A stretch of 64,000 nt of DNA, from the NCBI GenBank assembly GCA_036561525.1, contig DATBPD010000009.1:29249-93248 (forward strand), written 5' to 3'. The stretch comes from Candidatus Dormiibacterota bacterium. Lineage in GTDB: Bacteria; Chloroflexota; Dormibacteria; Aeolococcales; Aeolococcaceae. A model generated the notes under the pieces. It did not search any database. It was not told where the DNA came from and saw only the letters and a program-made list of their open reading frames with translations. Position numbers and translations under genes: made by a program. Numbering within the stretch: position 1 is the first letter of the stretch; the number at the start of each line of letters is the position of its first letter. Shown one piece after another: positions 38,894-47,632 of the stretch.

Positions 38894-39736
38894 GTGGCCC
38901 GCGAGCTCAACCTCTGCCTGATCGGCGAGGGCATCGCAGCGTCGCCGAGCGCCGCGATGCAGGAGGCGGCGCTGCTGGCCACGGGGCGCAGCGGCTCGTA
39001 CCAGCTCATCGATGTCGGCGCGGCAGGTCTGCCCGGCGTGCTCCGCGACCTGCGCGCCGGGCGCTGGCAGGGGGCCAACGTCACCATCCCGTACAAGTAC
39101 GCGCTGGCGAGCGCCTGTGACGAGCTCGAGGGCGACGCCGCGCGCGTCGGCGCCATCAACACCATCACCGTGGCAGCAGACGGCCGGCTGATCGGTGACA
39201 ACACCGACGCGAGCGGTTTCGAGATGGGCCTCGGCGCCAACCGGATGTGGCCGCTGCCAGAGAGCCGGGCGCTCGTGGTCGGTGCCGGCGGAGTCGCCGC
39301 GGCCACAGTTCTCGCGCTGACCAGGGTGCCGGTGGTGCGCATCACTGTGGTCGCCCGCCGGATCACAAGCGCGCGGGCCCTGGTCGAGCGTGTCGGCGAG
39401 AGCGTCGGCTGTGACCTGGCCGTCGCGCTATGGGACGAGGACTACCTGGAGCGCCTGCTGGCCACCGCTGACATCGTCGTCAACGCCACCTCGGCCGGAC
39501 TCGCCGAGATGCCGTTCACGCCCGCACGATTGCAGACGTCGTGTACGGTCGCCGACGTGCGCTACCGACCCCGGCCCGTCGATGTCGTGCAGGCCTCGCT
39601 GCTGGCGGGGCTGCGCAGCTGTGACGGGGTGGAGATGCTCCTACACCAGGGGATGCTGAGCTTTCACCGCTGGACGGGCGATGAGCCGCCGTACCACGCC
39701 GCCAGGGTGGCCCTGAACCAGGCCCTCGGCGGGTGA
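38894..39736 (+). CDS. aroE: Shikimate dehydrogenase
   Basis: 'GANVTIPYKYA', 'GAINTI', 'GDNTDASGF', 'VVGAGGVAAA'. GTG 38894, 1 nt after the mltG stop, is preferred over ATG 38846. Confidence 0.85.
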   Translation: MARELNLCLIGEGIAASPSAAMQEAALLATGRSGSYQLIDVGAAGLPGVLRDLRAGRWQGANVTIPYKYALASACDELEGDAARVGAINTITVAADGRLIGDNTDASGFEMGLGANRMWPLPESRALVVGAGGVAAATVLALTRVPVVRITVVARRITSARALVERVGESVGCDLAVALWDEDYLERLLATADIVVNATSAGLAEMPFTPARLQTSCTVADVRYRPRPVDVVQASLLAGLRSCDGVEMLLHQGMLSFHRWTGDEPPYHAARVALNQALGG

Positions 39737-40485
39737 GCGCAGCCGCGGTGATCATCGCCGCGCCGGTCGGAGCGGTGGCCGGGCTGGGCGCGGGGTGGCT
39801 GTCGGTGCTGCTCGAGCGCATCGAAGGTCTCGAGGCCGAGGAACGCGAGGACAGGGAGACGTACGAGCGCGACCTCGCGCAGGCGAAGGTGACGGCCACG
39901 CAGGCGGGACAGGATGCCCCGGCGGCCGACCCCTGGGTGGGCGAGAAGTACGGCTGGACATGGATCGAGCGGGTTCTGTGCCCGCTGCTCGGGGCGGCCG
40001 GCTTCGCGGCGTTCACCGCCCACGAGGCCGTGGACTCCGCGCTGGTCATCCACCTCCTCTGGATCACAGTGTTCGTGCAGATCGTCGGCTTCGACCTCAA
40101 GCACCGGTTGATCCTCAACCGGGTCACCTACCCGGCGATCGTGCTTGCGCTGGCTTTGTCCTTCGCCTCGCCCGGGTTGACCATCTGGAGCTCGGTCGCC
40201 GGGTGTGTTGCGGTCGGCCTGTTCTTCGTCATCCAGAACCTGGTGTCGCGGGGCAGCATCGGGCTCGGCGACGCCAAGCTGGGCGCGCTGGTCGGCGCCA
40301 TCTGTGGCATCAACCTCGATTACAACCACATCGGCGCGGTGTACGCGGTGATCTACGCGATCTTTCTCGGTGGTGCCATCGCCCTGGTTCTGCTCATCCT
40401 GAGAATCCGCAGCCTCAAGGACCCGATCCCGTATGGGCCGTTCCTCTGCGCGGGCGCTGCCATCATCCTGTTCCAGGGTCCCTGA
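39733..40485 (+). CDS. A24-family prepilin (type IV leader) peptidase-like membrane protein
   Basis: Polytopic protein with 'VGFDLKHRLILNRVTYP' and 'GLGDAKLGALVG', then 'IPYGPFLCAG'. This is the position where actinobacterial aro clusters carry an A24 peptidase. No pilin genes are nearby. Confidence 0.75.
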   Translation: MSAAAVIIAAPVGAVAGLGAGWLSVLLERIEGLEAEEREDRETYERDLAQAKVTATQAGQDAPAADPWVGEKYGWTWIERVLCPLLGAAGFAAFTAHEAVDSALVIHLLWITVFVQIVGFDLKHRLILNRVTYPAIVLALALSFASPGLTIWSSVAGCVAVGLFFVIQNLVSRGSIGLGDAKLGALVGAICGINLDYNHIGAVYAVIYAIFLGGAIALVLLILRIRSLKDPIPYGPFLCAGAAIILFQGP

Positions 40486-40522
40486 CCCGCCGCCGAAGTG
40501 GGGGCGCAGGACGCCGCGCTTC

Positions 40523-40528
40523 TAGAAT
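40523..40528 (+). promoter_or_regulatory. -10-like TAGAAT, 6 nt before aroC GTG (leaderless candidate)
   Basis: TAGAAT at 40523-40528, GTG at 40535. Confidence 0.35.
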
Positions 40529-40534
40529 CGTTGC

Positions 40535-41686
40535 GTGTTGCGATTCATGACGGCCGGCGAGTCGCACGGTCCGGAGCTCACCGTGATTCTCGAAGGCGTG
40601 CCCGCGGGACTGCCGATCGATGCCGTGCGCGATCTCGATCCCGACCTCCGCCGCCGTCAGTTGGGCCACGGCCGCGGCAAGCGGCAGCAGATCGAGAACG
40701 ACTCGGCGCGGATCACCGCTGGGGTGCGCGGTGGCCTGACCCTGGGATCGCCGGTTGCGCTCACCGTGGTCAACCGCGACTGGGACAACTGGAAGGGCCC
40801 GATGCAGGTCGAGGCGGAGGGGTTCAGCAAGAAGCCGGTCACCCGGGTGCGGCCCGGTCACGCCGACCTGGCCGGCATCCTCAAGTACGACCTGGACGAC
40901 GCCCGAGACGTCCTCGAGCGCGCCTCAGCACGGGAGACCGCAGCCCGGGTCGCGGCCGGGGGCGTGGCCAAGGCGCTGGTGCGCGTCGCCGGCATCTCGA
41001 TCAGCTCCCACGTGGTGCGCATCGGCGATGTCGTCGCGGCGGCGACGGCGGTCGACCAGCGCGCCGTGGAGCAATCGCCGGTGCGCTGCGCCGACGCGGC
41101 GGCCGGTGAGCGCATGGTGGCCGCCATCGACGCCGCGCGGGCGGCCGGCGACACGCTCGGTGGCACCGCGGTGGTCACCGCCCACCACGTTGTCGCCGGC
41201 CTTGGCAGCTACGTGCAGTGGGATCGCCGCCTCGACGGTCGCATCGCCCAGGCGATGTGCAGCATCCCGTCCGTGAAGGGGGTCGAGCTCGGTGACGCGG
41301 TGACCGCCGCAGCGACGCCGGGCTCTGGGGTGCACGATCGGCCGGCGTTCACCGATGGCCGCGGCTTCCACCACCTCAGCAACCGGCAGGGCGGCCTGTC
41401 GGGGGGTGTGAGCAACGGGGAGGACCTCTGGGCACGCGTGCACTTCAAGCCGATCTCCACCCTGCTGACCCCTCTGCGCAGCGTCGACGTCCGCACCGGC
41501 GAGGAGACCAACGCGCACTACGAGCGCAGCGACATCTGTGTGGTGCCGGCCGGTGCGGTCGTGGCCGAGGCGATGCTGGCCCTGGTCATCGCTGACGCCC
41601 TGCTGGAGAAGTTCGGCGGCGATTCGATCAGCGAGCTGTGCCGCAACCTCGAGGGCTACCGCGCCACCCTGGATCGACTCCGATGA
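40535..41686 (+). CDS. aroC: Chorismate synthase
   Basis: '(M)LRFMTAGESHGPELTVILEGVPAGL', 'RPGHADL', 'GGLSGG'. Confidence 0.95.
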   Translation: MLRFMTAGESHGPELTVILEGVPAGLPIDAVRDLDPDLRRRQLGHGRGKRQQIENDSARITAGVRGGLTLGSPVALTVVNRDWDNWKGPMQVEAEGFSKKPVTRVRPGHADLAGILKYDLDDARDVLERASARETAARVAAGGVAKALVRVAGISISSHVVRIGDVVAAATAVDQRAVEQSPVRCADAAAGERMVAAIDAARAAGDTLGGTAVVTAHHVVAGLGSYVQWDRRLDGRIAQAMCSIPSVKGVELGDAVTAAATPGSGVHDRPAFTDGRGFHHLSNRQGGLSGGVSNGEDLWARVHFKPISTLLTPLRSVDVRTGEETNAHYERSDICVVPAGAVVAEAMLALVIADALLEKFGGDSISELCRNLEGYRATLDRLR

Positions 41687-43263
41687 CCGGCACGCACATC
41701 GTGCTCGTCGGACTTCCCGGCAGTGGCAAGTCGACGCTGGCGCCGCTCCTCGCCGCGCGTCTGGGGATGGAGGCAGTCGACACCGACAGGGAGGTGGAAC
41801 AGCGGCTGGGCATGAGCGTGCCGCGGGTTTTCGCCGAGCTCGGCGAGGATCGCTTCCGCAGCGCGGAGCGGGACGCGCTCGACACGGCCCTGCAGTCGCA
41901 GCGTCCGCTGGTCATCGCCGCCGGCGGTGGGCTGATCGCTCAGCGGGGCGCGATCGACATCCTCAGCCGCCACGCCACTGTCGTGCTGCTCGATGCGCAG
42001 GATGAGGAGCTGCTCGCCCGCCTGGGGCCGCAGGCGAGCTCGCGCCCGCTGCTCGCCGATGCCCCGGCGAGCGCGCTGCATCACCTCCGCACGGCGCGCA
42101 CAGCCGCCCACGGGCGCGCCCAGCTGCGGGTGAGCGTCGGCGGCCTGACCGCGGCCGACGTCGTCGATCGGATCAGCGTGGCGCTGCAGGGAGCGGTCCG
42201 CGTCGCCACGGCTGATCCATACCTGGTGCGCGTCGGCAGCGGCTGCGTTGAGATGGTCTCCGCGCATGTCCCCGCGACCGCGCGGCGCGTGGCCCTGATC
42301 GTCGACGAGGCCGTGACCGGCGTCGCCGACACCATCGCCGGAGGGTTGCGTCGGGACCATCTCGCCGCCACCGTCATCCCGATCGCGGGCGGCGAGCAGG
42401 CCAAGCAGTGGGCCATCGCCGGCGCGCTGCTCGAGCGCTGCAGCGACGTGGGGCTGGACCGCGATGACTGCATCGTCGCGGTCGGCGGCGGCAGCGTCGG
42501 CGACGTCGCCGGCCTGGTGGCCGCGACCTACCTGCGCGGCGTGGCGTGGCTGGTGGTGCCGACCACGCTGCTGGCGATGGTCGACAGCTCGATCGGCGGC
42601 AAGACCGCGGTCAACCTGCGCCGGGGCAAGAACCTCGCCGGTGTGTTCTGGCAGCCGCGCGCGGTTCTCTGCGACCCGGACCTGCTGGCGACGCTCAGCG
42701 ACCGCAGCTTCCGTTCTGCGTTCGCTGAGATCGTCAAATCCTCTATGGTCGCCACCGGCGAGCTCCCCGAGCTGGTCGACCGGCGAATCGCCGCGGCTCT
42801 GGCTCGCGACGGCGACGCGCTCTGCGACCTCGTGCGCGGCTGCTGCGCGCTCAAGGCGGCCGTGGTCGCCGGCGACGAGCGCGAGGCCGGCCGGCGCGCG
42901 ATTCTCAACTACGGTCACACGGTGGGTCACGCGGTGGAGGCACTGACCGGTCTGGGCACGGGGCTGGACCACGGCGAGGCGGTGGCGTTCGGCATGCGCG
43001 TCGCGGGCGCGCTGAGCGTCGTCGAGTCCGGCTGTCCCCCAGCCGACATCACCCACCAGGACGAGCTGCTCGATGCCTGCGGGCTTGCGACCAGGCCGCG
43101 ACTGCCCACGTCGGAGATCGCCGCCCAGCTCGGCAGCGACAAGAAGGCGCGCGCCGGCATTCCGCGATGGGTGCTGCTGCGCCGCCGCGGCGACCCGGTC
43201 ACCGGCATCGTGGTCGAGCCCGCCGCGATCAGCGCGGCCCTGGCGGAGGTGCTGGCGGCATGA
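41683..43263 (+). CDS. aroKB: Fused shikimate kinase / 3-dehydroquinate synthase
   Basis: The N-terminal ~165 aa has P-loop 'LVGLPGSGKST' and 'DTDREVE', typical of AroK. The remainder has 'VAVGGGSVGDVAGLVAATYLRGV', 'VPTTLLAMVDSSIGGKTAVN' and 'LNYGHTVGHA', typical of AroB. It is one uninterrupted frame. Confidence 0.9.
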   Translation: MTGTHIVLVGLPGSGKSTLAPLLAARLGMEAVDTDREVEQRLGMSVPRVFAELGEDRFRSAERDALDTALQSQRPLVIAAGGGLIAQRGAIDILSRHATVVLLDAQDEELLARLGPQASSRPLLADAPASALHHLRTARTAAHGRAQLRVSVGGLTAADVVDRISVALQGAVRVATADPYLVRVGSGCVEMVSAHVPATARRVALIVDEAVTGVADTIAGGLRRDHLAATVIPIAGGEQAKQWAIAGALLERCSDVGLDRDDCIVAVGGGSVGDVAGLVAATYLRGVAWLVVPTTLLAMVDSSIGGKTAVNLRRGKNLAGVFWQPRAVLCDPDLLATLSDRSFRSAFAEIVKSSMVATGELPELVDRRIAAALARDGDALCDLVRGCCALKAAVVAGDEREAGRRAILNYGHTVGHAVEALTGLGTGLDHGEAVAFGMRVAGALSVVESGCPPADITHQDELLDACGLATRPRLPTSEIAAQLGSDKKARAGIPRWVLLRRRGDPVTGIVVEPAAISAALAEVLAA

Positions 43264-43715
43264 GGGTGCTCGTGCTCAATGGGCCCAACCTCGCCGCCGT
43301 CGGGCGCCGTCAACCGGAGATCTACGGGAGCGTGACGCTGGCTGAGATCCGCGATCGCCTGCTCGAACAGGCCGCCGCGCTGCACGTCGAGGTTCGCTGG
43401 GAGCAGAGCAACCACGAGGGGGCGCTGATCGACATCCTCGAGGAGGAGAGCGGCCGCAGCGACGCCTGCGTGATCAATCCCGGCGGCCTGGCCCACACCA
43501 GCGTCGCCTTGGCGGACGCGTTGCGGGGGTTCACCGGCCCGGTGGTCGAGGTCCACCTCAGCAACATCCTCGCCCGTGAGGAGTACCGTCGTACTTCCCA
43601 CGCCGCCGCGGCAGCGACCGCGGTGATCACCGGCGCGGGCGCCGGCGGCTACGGGCTGGCGCTGCAGGCGGCAGTTCAGCTTGCCGGCGGCCACACAACG
43701 GAGACAGGTGGATGA
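43260..43715 (+). CDS. aroQ: 3-dehydroquinate dehydratase, type II
   Basis: 'MRVLVLNGPNLAAVGRRQPEIYG', 'QSNHEGALID', 'INPGGLAHTSVAL', 'VEVHLSNI..RE..R'. Confidence 0.93.
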   Translation: MRVLVLNGPNLAAVGRRQPEIYGSVTLAEIRDRLLEQAAALHVEVRWEQSNHEGALIDILEEESGRSDACVINPGGLAHTSVALADALRGFTGPVVEVHLSNILAREEYRRTSHAAAAATAVITGAGAGGYGLALQAAVQLAGGHTTETGG

Positions 43716-44269
43716 TCAACGCAGGCGAGCTTCGCCCGGGCAACACAGTGGAGCGGCAGGGCGAGCTCCTCCAGGTGCTCGAGTTCGCCCACAACAAACA
43801 GGGCCGGGGCACGGCCATCGTGCGGGCCAAGTTCAAGAACCTGCAGACGGGCGCGGTCACCGAGGAGACGTTCCGGCCCGAGGAGAAGTTCGGACGCGCC
43901 CGCATCGAGCGCAGCGAGGCGCAGTACCTCTACCAGGACGGCGACAACTACGTCGTCATGGACACGACCACGTACGACCAGTTCCCGCTCACCCCCGAAC
44001 AGCTCGGCGACGCGCTCCGCTTCCTCAAGGAGAACGACAACCTCTTCCTGCTCACCTACGACGGCAAGGTGCTGGGCATCGACCTGCCGACGTCGGTCGA
44101 GCTCACCGTGACCCAGACGGATCCGGGGTTTCGGGGCGACACCGCCAACGCCGCCTTCAAGCCGGCCACCGTGGAGACCGGACTTGTCGTCGACGTGCCG
44201 CTGTTCGTCAACGAGGGCGAGCGCATCCGCGTCGACACCCGCACCGCCAAGTACGTGGAGAGGGTGTGA
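43712..44269 (+). CDS. efp: Translation elongation factor P (Arg at loop position 32)
   Basis: 'ELRPGNTVERQGELLQVLEFAHNKQGRGTAIVRAKFKNL' and 'GDTANAAFKPATVETG'. R32 codon CGG at 43805-43807. Confidence 0.93.
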   Translation: MINAGELRPGNTVERQGELLQVLEFAHNKQGRGTAIVRAKFKNLQTGAVTEETFRPEEKFGRARIERSEAQYLYQDGDNYVVMDTTTYDQFPLTPEQLGDALRFLKENDNLFLLTYDGKVLGIDLPTSVELTVTQTDPGFRGDTANAAFKPATVETGLVVDVPLFVNEGERIRVDTRTAKYVERV

Positions 44270-44652
44270 TGGACGACGCCGTCGAGGCGATGGAGATCGA
44301 TGGCGGCGAGGACGGTCGCGACACCATCGGCGCCACCCGTGTGGCCAACGACGTGGTGGCCTGGATCGCCGCCCTGACCGCCCTGCAGGTCTCGGGCGTG
44401 CACGCCATGTACCGGCCCAGCGGCCAGTCCATCGATCGCATCCTGCGTCGCCGGGTGGCTCACCGCGGCGCCCGCGTCGAGCTGCGCGACGACGGGTTGC
44501 TGATCGACCTCTGGATCGTCATGGAAGCGGGCGCCAACGTCGCCGCGGTCGGTGCTGAGGTGCAGCGCTCCGTCGGCGACGCCATCCGCCGCATGCTCGG
44601 GCTGCCGCTGGCTGCGGTGAACGTCTTCGTCAGCGAGGTCGTCTTCACGTGA
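44269..44652 (+). CDS. Asp23/Gls24-family stress protein
   Basis: 'IGATRVANDVVAWIAALTALQVSGVHAM' and 'IDLWIVMEAGANVAAVGAEVQRSVGDAI...VNVFVSEV'. Sits before nusB, like B. subtilis yqhY. Confidence 0.8.
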   Translation: MDDAVEAMEIDGGEDGRDTIGATRVANDVVAWIAALTALQVSGVHAMYRPSGQSIDRILRRRVAHRGARVELRDDGLLIDLWIVMEAGANVAAVGAEVQRSVGDAIRRMLGLPLAAVNVFVSEVVFT

Positions 44653-45068
44653 CACCGGCCGCAGGGGGCGGCCGCCGCCGCCGCGGGCGCGAGCTGGCCC
44701 TGCGGGTGCTCTTCGAGCTCGAGGGCAGTGACAAGGATGCAGAGGAGTCGCTGACCTACCAGGGCATCGAGGTCGGCGCCACCGCCGACGTGCGGGCGTT
44801 CGCTGAGCGGCTGGTTCTGAGCTGCCTGGCGAATCGCGAGCGCATCGATGCGGCGCTCACCGCCGCCAGCCGCTGGTCGCTGGGCGACGTCGGCAAGGTG
44901 GAGCGCGCCATCCTGCGGCTCGGCACCGGTGAGCTCATGGCCGGCGACGGCACCCCGGTGGCGGTGATCGTCGACGAATCGCTCGAGTTGACCCGCGCCT
45001 ACGCGGGAGACGACGCGGTCCAGTACGTCAACGGCGTCCTCGGCCAGATCGCCAGGGAGCGCGTGTGA
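44649..45068 (+). CDS. nusB: Transcription antitermination factor NusB
   Basis: 'GRELALRVLFELE', 'VERAILRLGTGELM', 'VIVDESLELTRAY', 'YVNGVLG'. Confidence 0.9.
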   Translation: MTPAAGGGRRRRGRELALRVLFELEGSDKDAEESLTYQGIEVGATADVRAFAERLVLSCLANRERIDAALTAASRWSLGDVGKVERAILRLGTGELMAGDGTPVAVIVDESLELTRAYAGDDAVQYVNGVLGQIARERV

Positions 45069-46483
45069 GCGGCGCCACCCCGTACACGGTCACGGAGCTC
45101 ACCAGCCTGGTCGGCAACGCCCTGGCGGCGCGTCCCGAGCTCGAGGATGTGCTCGTCGAGGGCGAGATCAGCAACCTGACCCGGCCGTCGTCGGGGCACG
45201 TGTATCTCACCCTCAAGGACGGCACTGCCTCCCTCGGTTGCGTCTGCTTTCGCAGCAATGCGCTGCGCATCCCATTCGCGCCCGAGAACGGCATGACCGT
45301 GGTGGCGCACGGCGTGGTCACCGTCTACCCACAGCAGGGCCGCTACCAGCTGATGCTCGACCGTCTCGAGCCCAGCGGCGTCGGCGCCCTGGCGATGGCG
45401 GTTGAGCAGCGCAAGCGCCGGCTTGCCGCCGAGGGCCTGCTCGACCCACGGCTGCGGCGACGGCTGCCCCTGCTGCCGGCGCGGGTGGCGCTGGTCACCT
45501 CGCGCACCGGGGCGGCGCTGCACGACGTGGTCACGGTGATGGGACGGCGCGCGCCCTGCGTTGACCTCGTCTTCTCGCCCGCCACCGTCCAGGGCGAGGG
45601 CGCCGCCGACACCATCGTGGCCGCGCTGGGTCGTGCCGGGCGGGTGCGCGGCGTGGAGGTCGTGCTGCTGGTCCGCGGTGGTGGATCGCTCGAGGACCTG
45701 ATGGCGTTCAACGAGGAGTCCGTGGCGCGGGCGATTCGCGCCTGCCCGGTGCCGGTGGTGACCGGCATCGGCCACGAGACCGACGTCACCATCGCCGACC
45801 TGGTCGCCGACCATCGTGCCGCCACGCCGTCGGCGGCTGCCGAGACCGCGGTGCCGAGTTGTGGCCAGCTTCGCGGGGAACTCGCGGGCCTCGAGCGCCG
45901 CCTGCGCGACGCGCTCCGCGCCGAGATCGTGCACAAGCGCCAGCGGGCGCGGCGCGAGGCGGAGCAGCTCAGCCGTCTCTCGCCGGGGCTGCGCGTGGCC
46001 CGGATGCGGCAGGACGTGCACGCGCGCGAGGCGCGGTTGCGTGGGGCGTTGCTCGCCGGGGTCGCGGTTCGCCACCGCACCCTCGAGCGCCTCCGCGGCA
46101 GCCTTGCCCTGCACTCGCCGCTCCAGGCCATCCCGCTGCACCGCGAGCGCCTCGCCGGGCGGAGCGCCCGGCTCTCTGCTGGCGTGCGCGTGCTCGTCGA
46201 CGGCCGGCGGCGGCGACTCGACGGGGTGCAGGGCCGGCTGGAGGCGATGTCCCCGCTGCGCGTCATCGAACGCGGCTACTCGATCACCGTCGACGAGGCC
46301 AGCGGGCGCGTGCTGAGGTCCGCCACAGGGGTGAGCCCAGGTGCCATCCTGCAGACGCGCCTGAGAACCGGGCGGCTGCGCAGCCGGGTCCTCGGCGAAT
46401 CTGCCGAGGTCACCGCGGGCGACGAACGAATGTACGATGAAGCTGAGCGAGCTGGACCCGCCAACGAGGGACACGATGGCTGA
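45065..46483 (+). CDS. xseA: Exodeoxyribonuclease VII large subunit
   Basis: OB-fold 'VLVEGEISNLTRPSSGHVYLTLKD', and 'LPLLPARVALVTSRTGAALHDV', 'RGGGSLEDLMAFNEE', 'PVVTGIGHETD'. Confidence 0.92.
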   Translation: MSGATPYTVTELTSLVGNALAARPELEDVLVEGEISNLTRPSSGHVYLTLKDGTASLGCVCFRSNALRIPFAPENGMTVVAHGVVTVYPQQGRYQLMLDRLEPSGVGALAMAVEQRKRRLAAEGLLDPRLRRRLPLLPARVALVTSRTGAALHDVVTVMGRRAPCVDLVFSPATVQGEGAADTIVAALGRAGRVRGVEVVLLVRGGGSLEDLMAFNEESVARAIRACPVPVVTGIGHETDVTIADLVADHRAATPSAAAETAVPSCGQLRGELAGLERRLRDALRAEIVHKRQRARREAEQLSRLSPGLRVARMRQDVHAREARLRGALLAGVAVRHRTLERLRGSLALHSPLQAIPLHRERLAGRSARLSAGVRVLVDGRRRRLDGVQGRLEAMSPLRVIERGYSITVDEASGRVLRSATGVSPGAILQTRLRTGRLRSRVLGESAEVTAGDERMYDEAERAGPANEGHDG

Positions 46484-46844
46484 CGACCTCACCAGGCTGA
46501 GTTACGAGGCCGCGCTGAGCGAGCTGGACGGGATCATCGCCCGCCTCGAGCGCGGCGACGTCGACCTCGAGGCGGCGATCACCGCGTACGAGCGCGGCGC
46601 CGCCCTCACCCGTCATTGCGCCGAGCTGCTCGACCGAACCGAGCAGAAGATCACCCAGCTCGTGGTCGGAGCCGCCGGCGAGGTGGAGCGGCCGTTCCAG
46701 CCGCCCGCCCAGCGCGCGCAGGCGCCGGCAGCGCCGCCGGTGCCGCGGGCACGCAGCGCCGAGCAGCGCCTGTTCGGCGACGAGCCCGTGCCCGCCACCA
46801 GCTCGCCCGGGGCCGACGTGGACCCCGATGACATCCCTTTTTAG
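46476..46844 (+). CDS. xseB: Exodeoxyribonuclease VII small subunit with Pro/Ala-rich C-terminal tail
   Basis: 'LSYEAALSELDGIIARLERGDVDLEAAITAYERGAAL'. ATG 46476 overlaps the xseA stop by 8 nt. ATG 46437 is an alternative. Confidence 0.85.
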   Translation: MADDLTRLSYEAALSELDGIIARLERGDVDLEAAITAYERGAALTRHCAELLDRTEQKITQLVVGAAGEVERPFQPPAQRAQAPAAPPVPRARSAEQRLFGDEPVPATSSPGADVDPDDIPF

Positions 46845-46864
46845 CGCAGATACGCTGATCTGTG

Positions 46865-46870
46865 TAGGAT
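46865..46870 (+). promoter_or_regulatory. -10-like TAGGAT, 6 nt before tlyA GTG (leaderless candidate)
   Basis: TAGGAT at 46865-46870, GTG at 46877. TTAGCG lies 18 nt upstream as a weak -35. Confidence 0.35.
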
Positions 46871-46876
46871 GACCCG

Positions 46877-47632
46877 GTGACCACGCTGCAGCGCGCTCGC
46901 CTCGACATCGTGCTTGTGGAGCGCGGCATCACCGATACCCGCGAGCGCGCCCAGGCCCTGGTCGCCGCCGGCCTCGTTGAGGTGGACGGGGTGCGGGCCA
47001 CGAGCGCGGCCGCGGCGGTCGCCCTGGAGGCGGCGATCCGGCTCACCGATCGCACCCACCCGTGGGTCGGGCGCGGCGGGCTCAAGCTGGACGCGGCGCT
47101 CCAGCGCTGGGAAGTCGACTGCACCGGTCGCACCTGCCTGGACGCCGGGGCCAGCACGGGCGGCTTCACTGACGTGCTCCTGCACCGCGGCGCCGCGGTG
47201 GTCTACGCCGTGGACGTCGGCCACGGGCAGCTCCATCCTCGGCTTGCCGCCGACCACCGCGTCAGGGTCATGGACCGCACCAATGTGCGCAGGCTCGACC
47301 GCCTCGACGGCCCGGTGCCGTCGCTGATCACTCTCGACCTCTCCTTCATCTCGCTGCGCGCCGTTCTTCCCGGCCTGGCCCGCCTCGCCCCGGGGGCCGA
47401 GGTGGTCGCGCTGTTCAAGCCGCAGTTCGAGCTGGCCCGCGACGCGGTGGGCCGGGGCGGCGTGGTGCGCGACCCCGGATGCACGGCGGCCGCCCTCGCC
47501 GAGCTGGGTGACTGGATGGCGCAGACGGGCGTCGTCGCGGCGCTCGACGAGCCGGTGGCGGCGGGCGTGCGCGGCGCCAAGGGCAACCAGGAGTGGCTGC
47601 TGCACCTTCGCCTGCTGGAGCAGACGGGATGA
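46877..47632 (+). CDS. tlyA: TlyA-family rRNA 2'-O-methyltransferase (S4 domain + FtsJ fold)
   Basis: 'RLDIVLVERGI..TRERAQALVAAG.V.VDG', 'VGRGGLKL', 'CLDAGASTGGFTDVLL'. Confidence 0.88.
   Translation: MTTLQRARLDIVLVERGITDTRERAQALVAAGLVEVDGVRATSAAAAVALEAAIRLTDRTHPWVGRGGLKLDAALQRWEVDCTGRTCLDAGASTGGFTDVLLHRGAAVVYAVDVGHGQLHPRLAADHRVRVMDRTNVRRLDRLDGPVPSLITLDLSFISLRAVLPGLARLAPGAEVVALFKPQFELARDAVGRGGVVRDPGCTAAALAELGDWMAQTGVVAALDEPVAAGVRGAKGNQEWLLHLRLLEQTG

Noticed and set aside
34486-40485. The idea that the FtsA-like gene plus the A24 peptidase mark a type IV pilus (PilM/PilN/PilD) locus.
   Set aside because: - The downstream 555-aa protein lacks the PilN-type N-terminal INLLP-like motif and is far larger.
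- No pilin, PilB/C/O/Q or Tad genes are present.
- The two genes are separated by ruvX, mltG and aroE.
- The A24 gene occupies its usual actinobacterial aro-cluster position.
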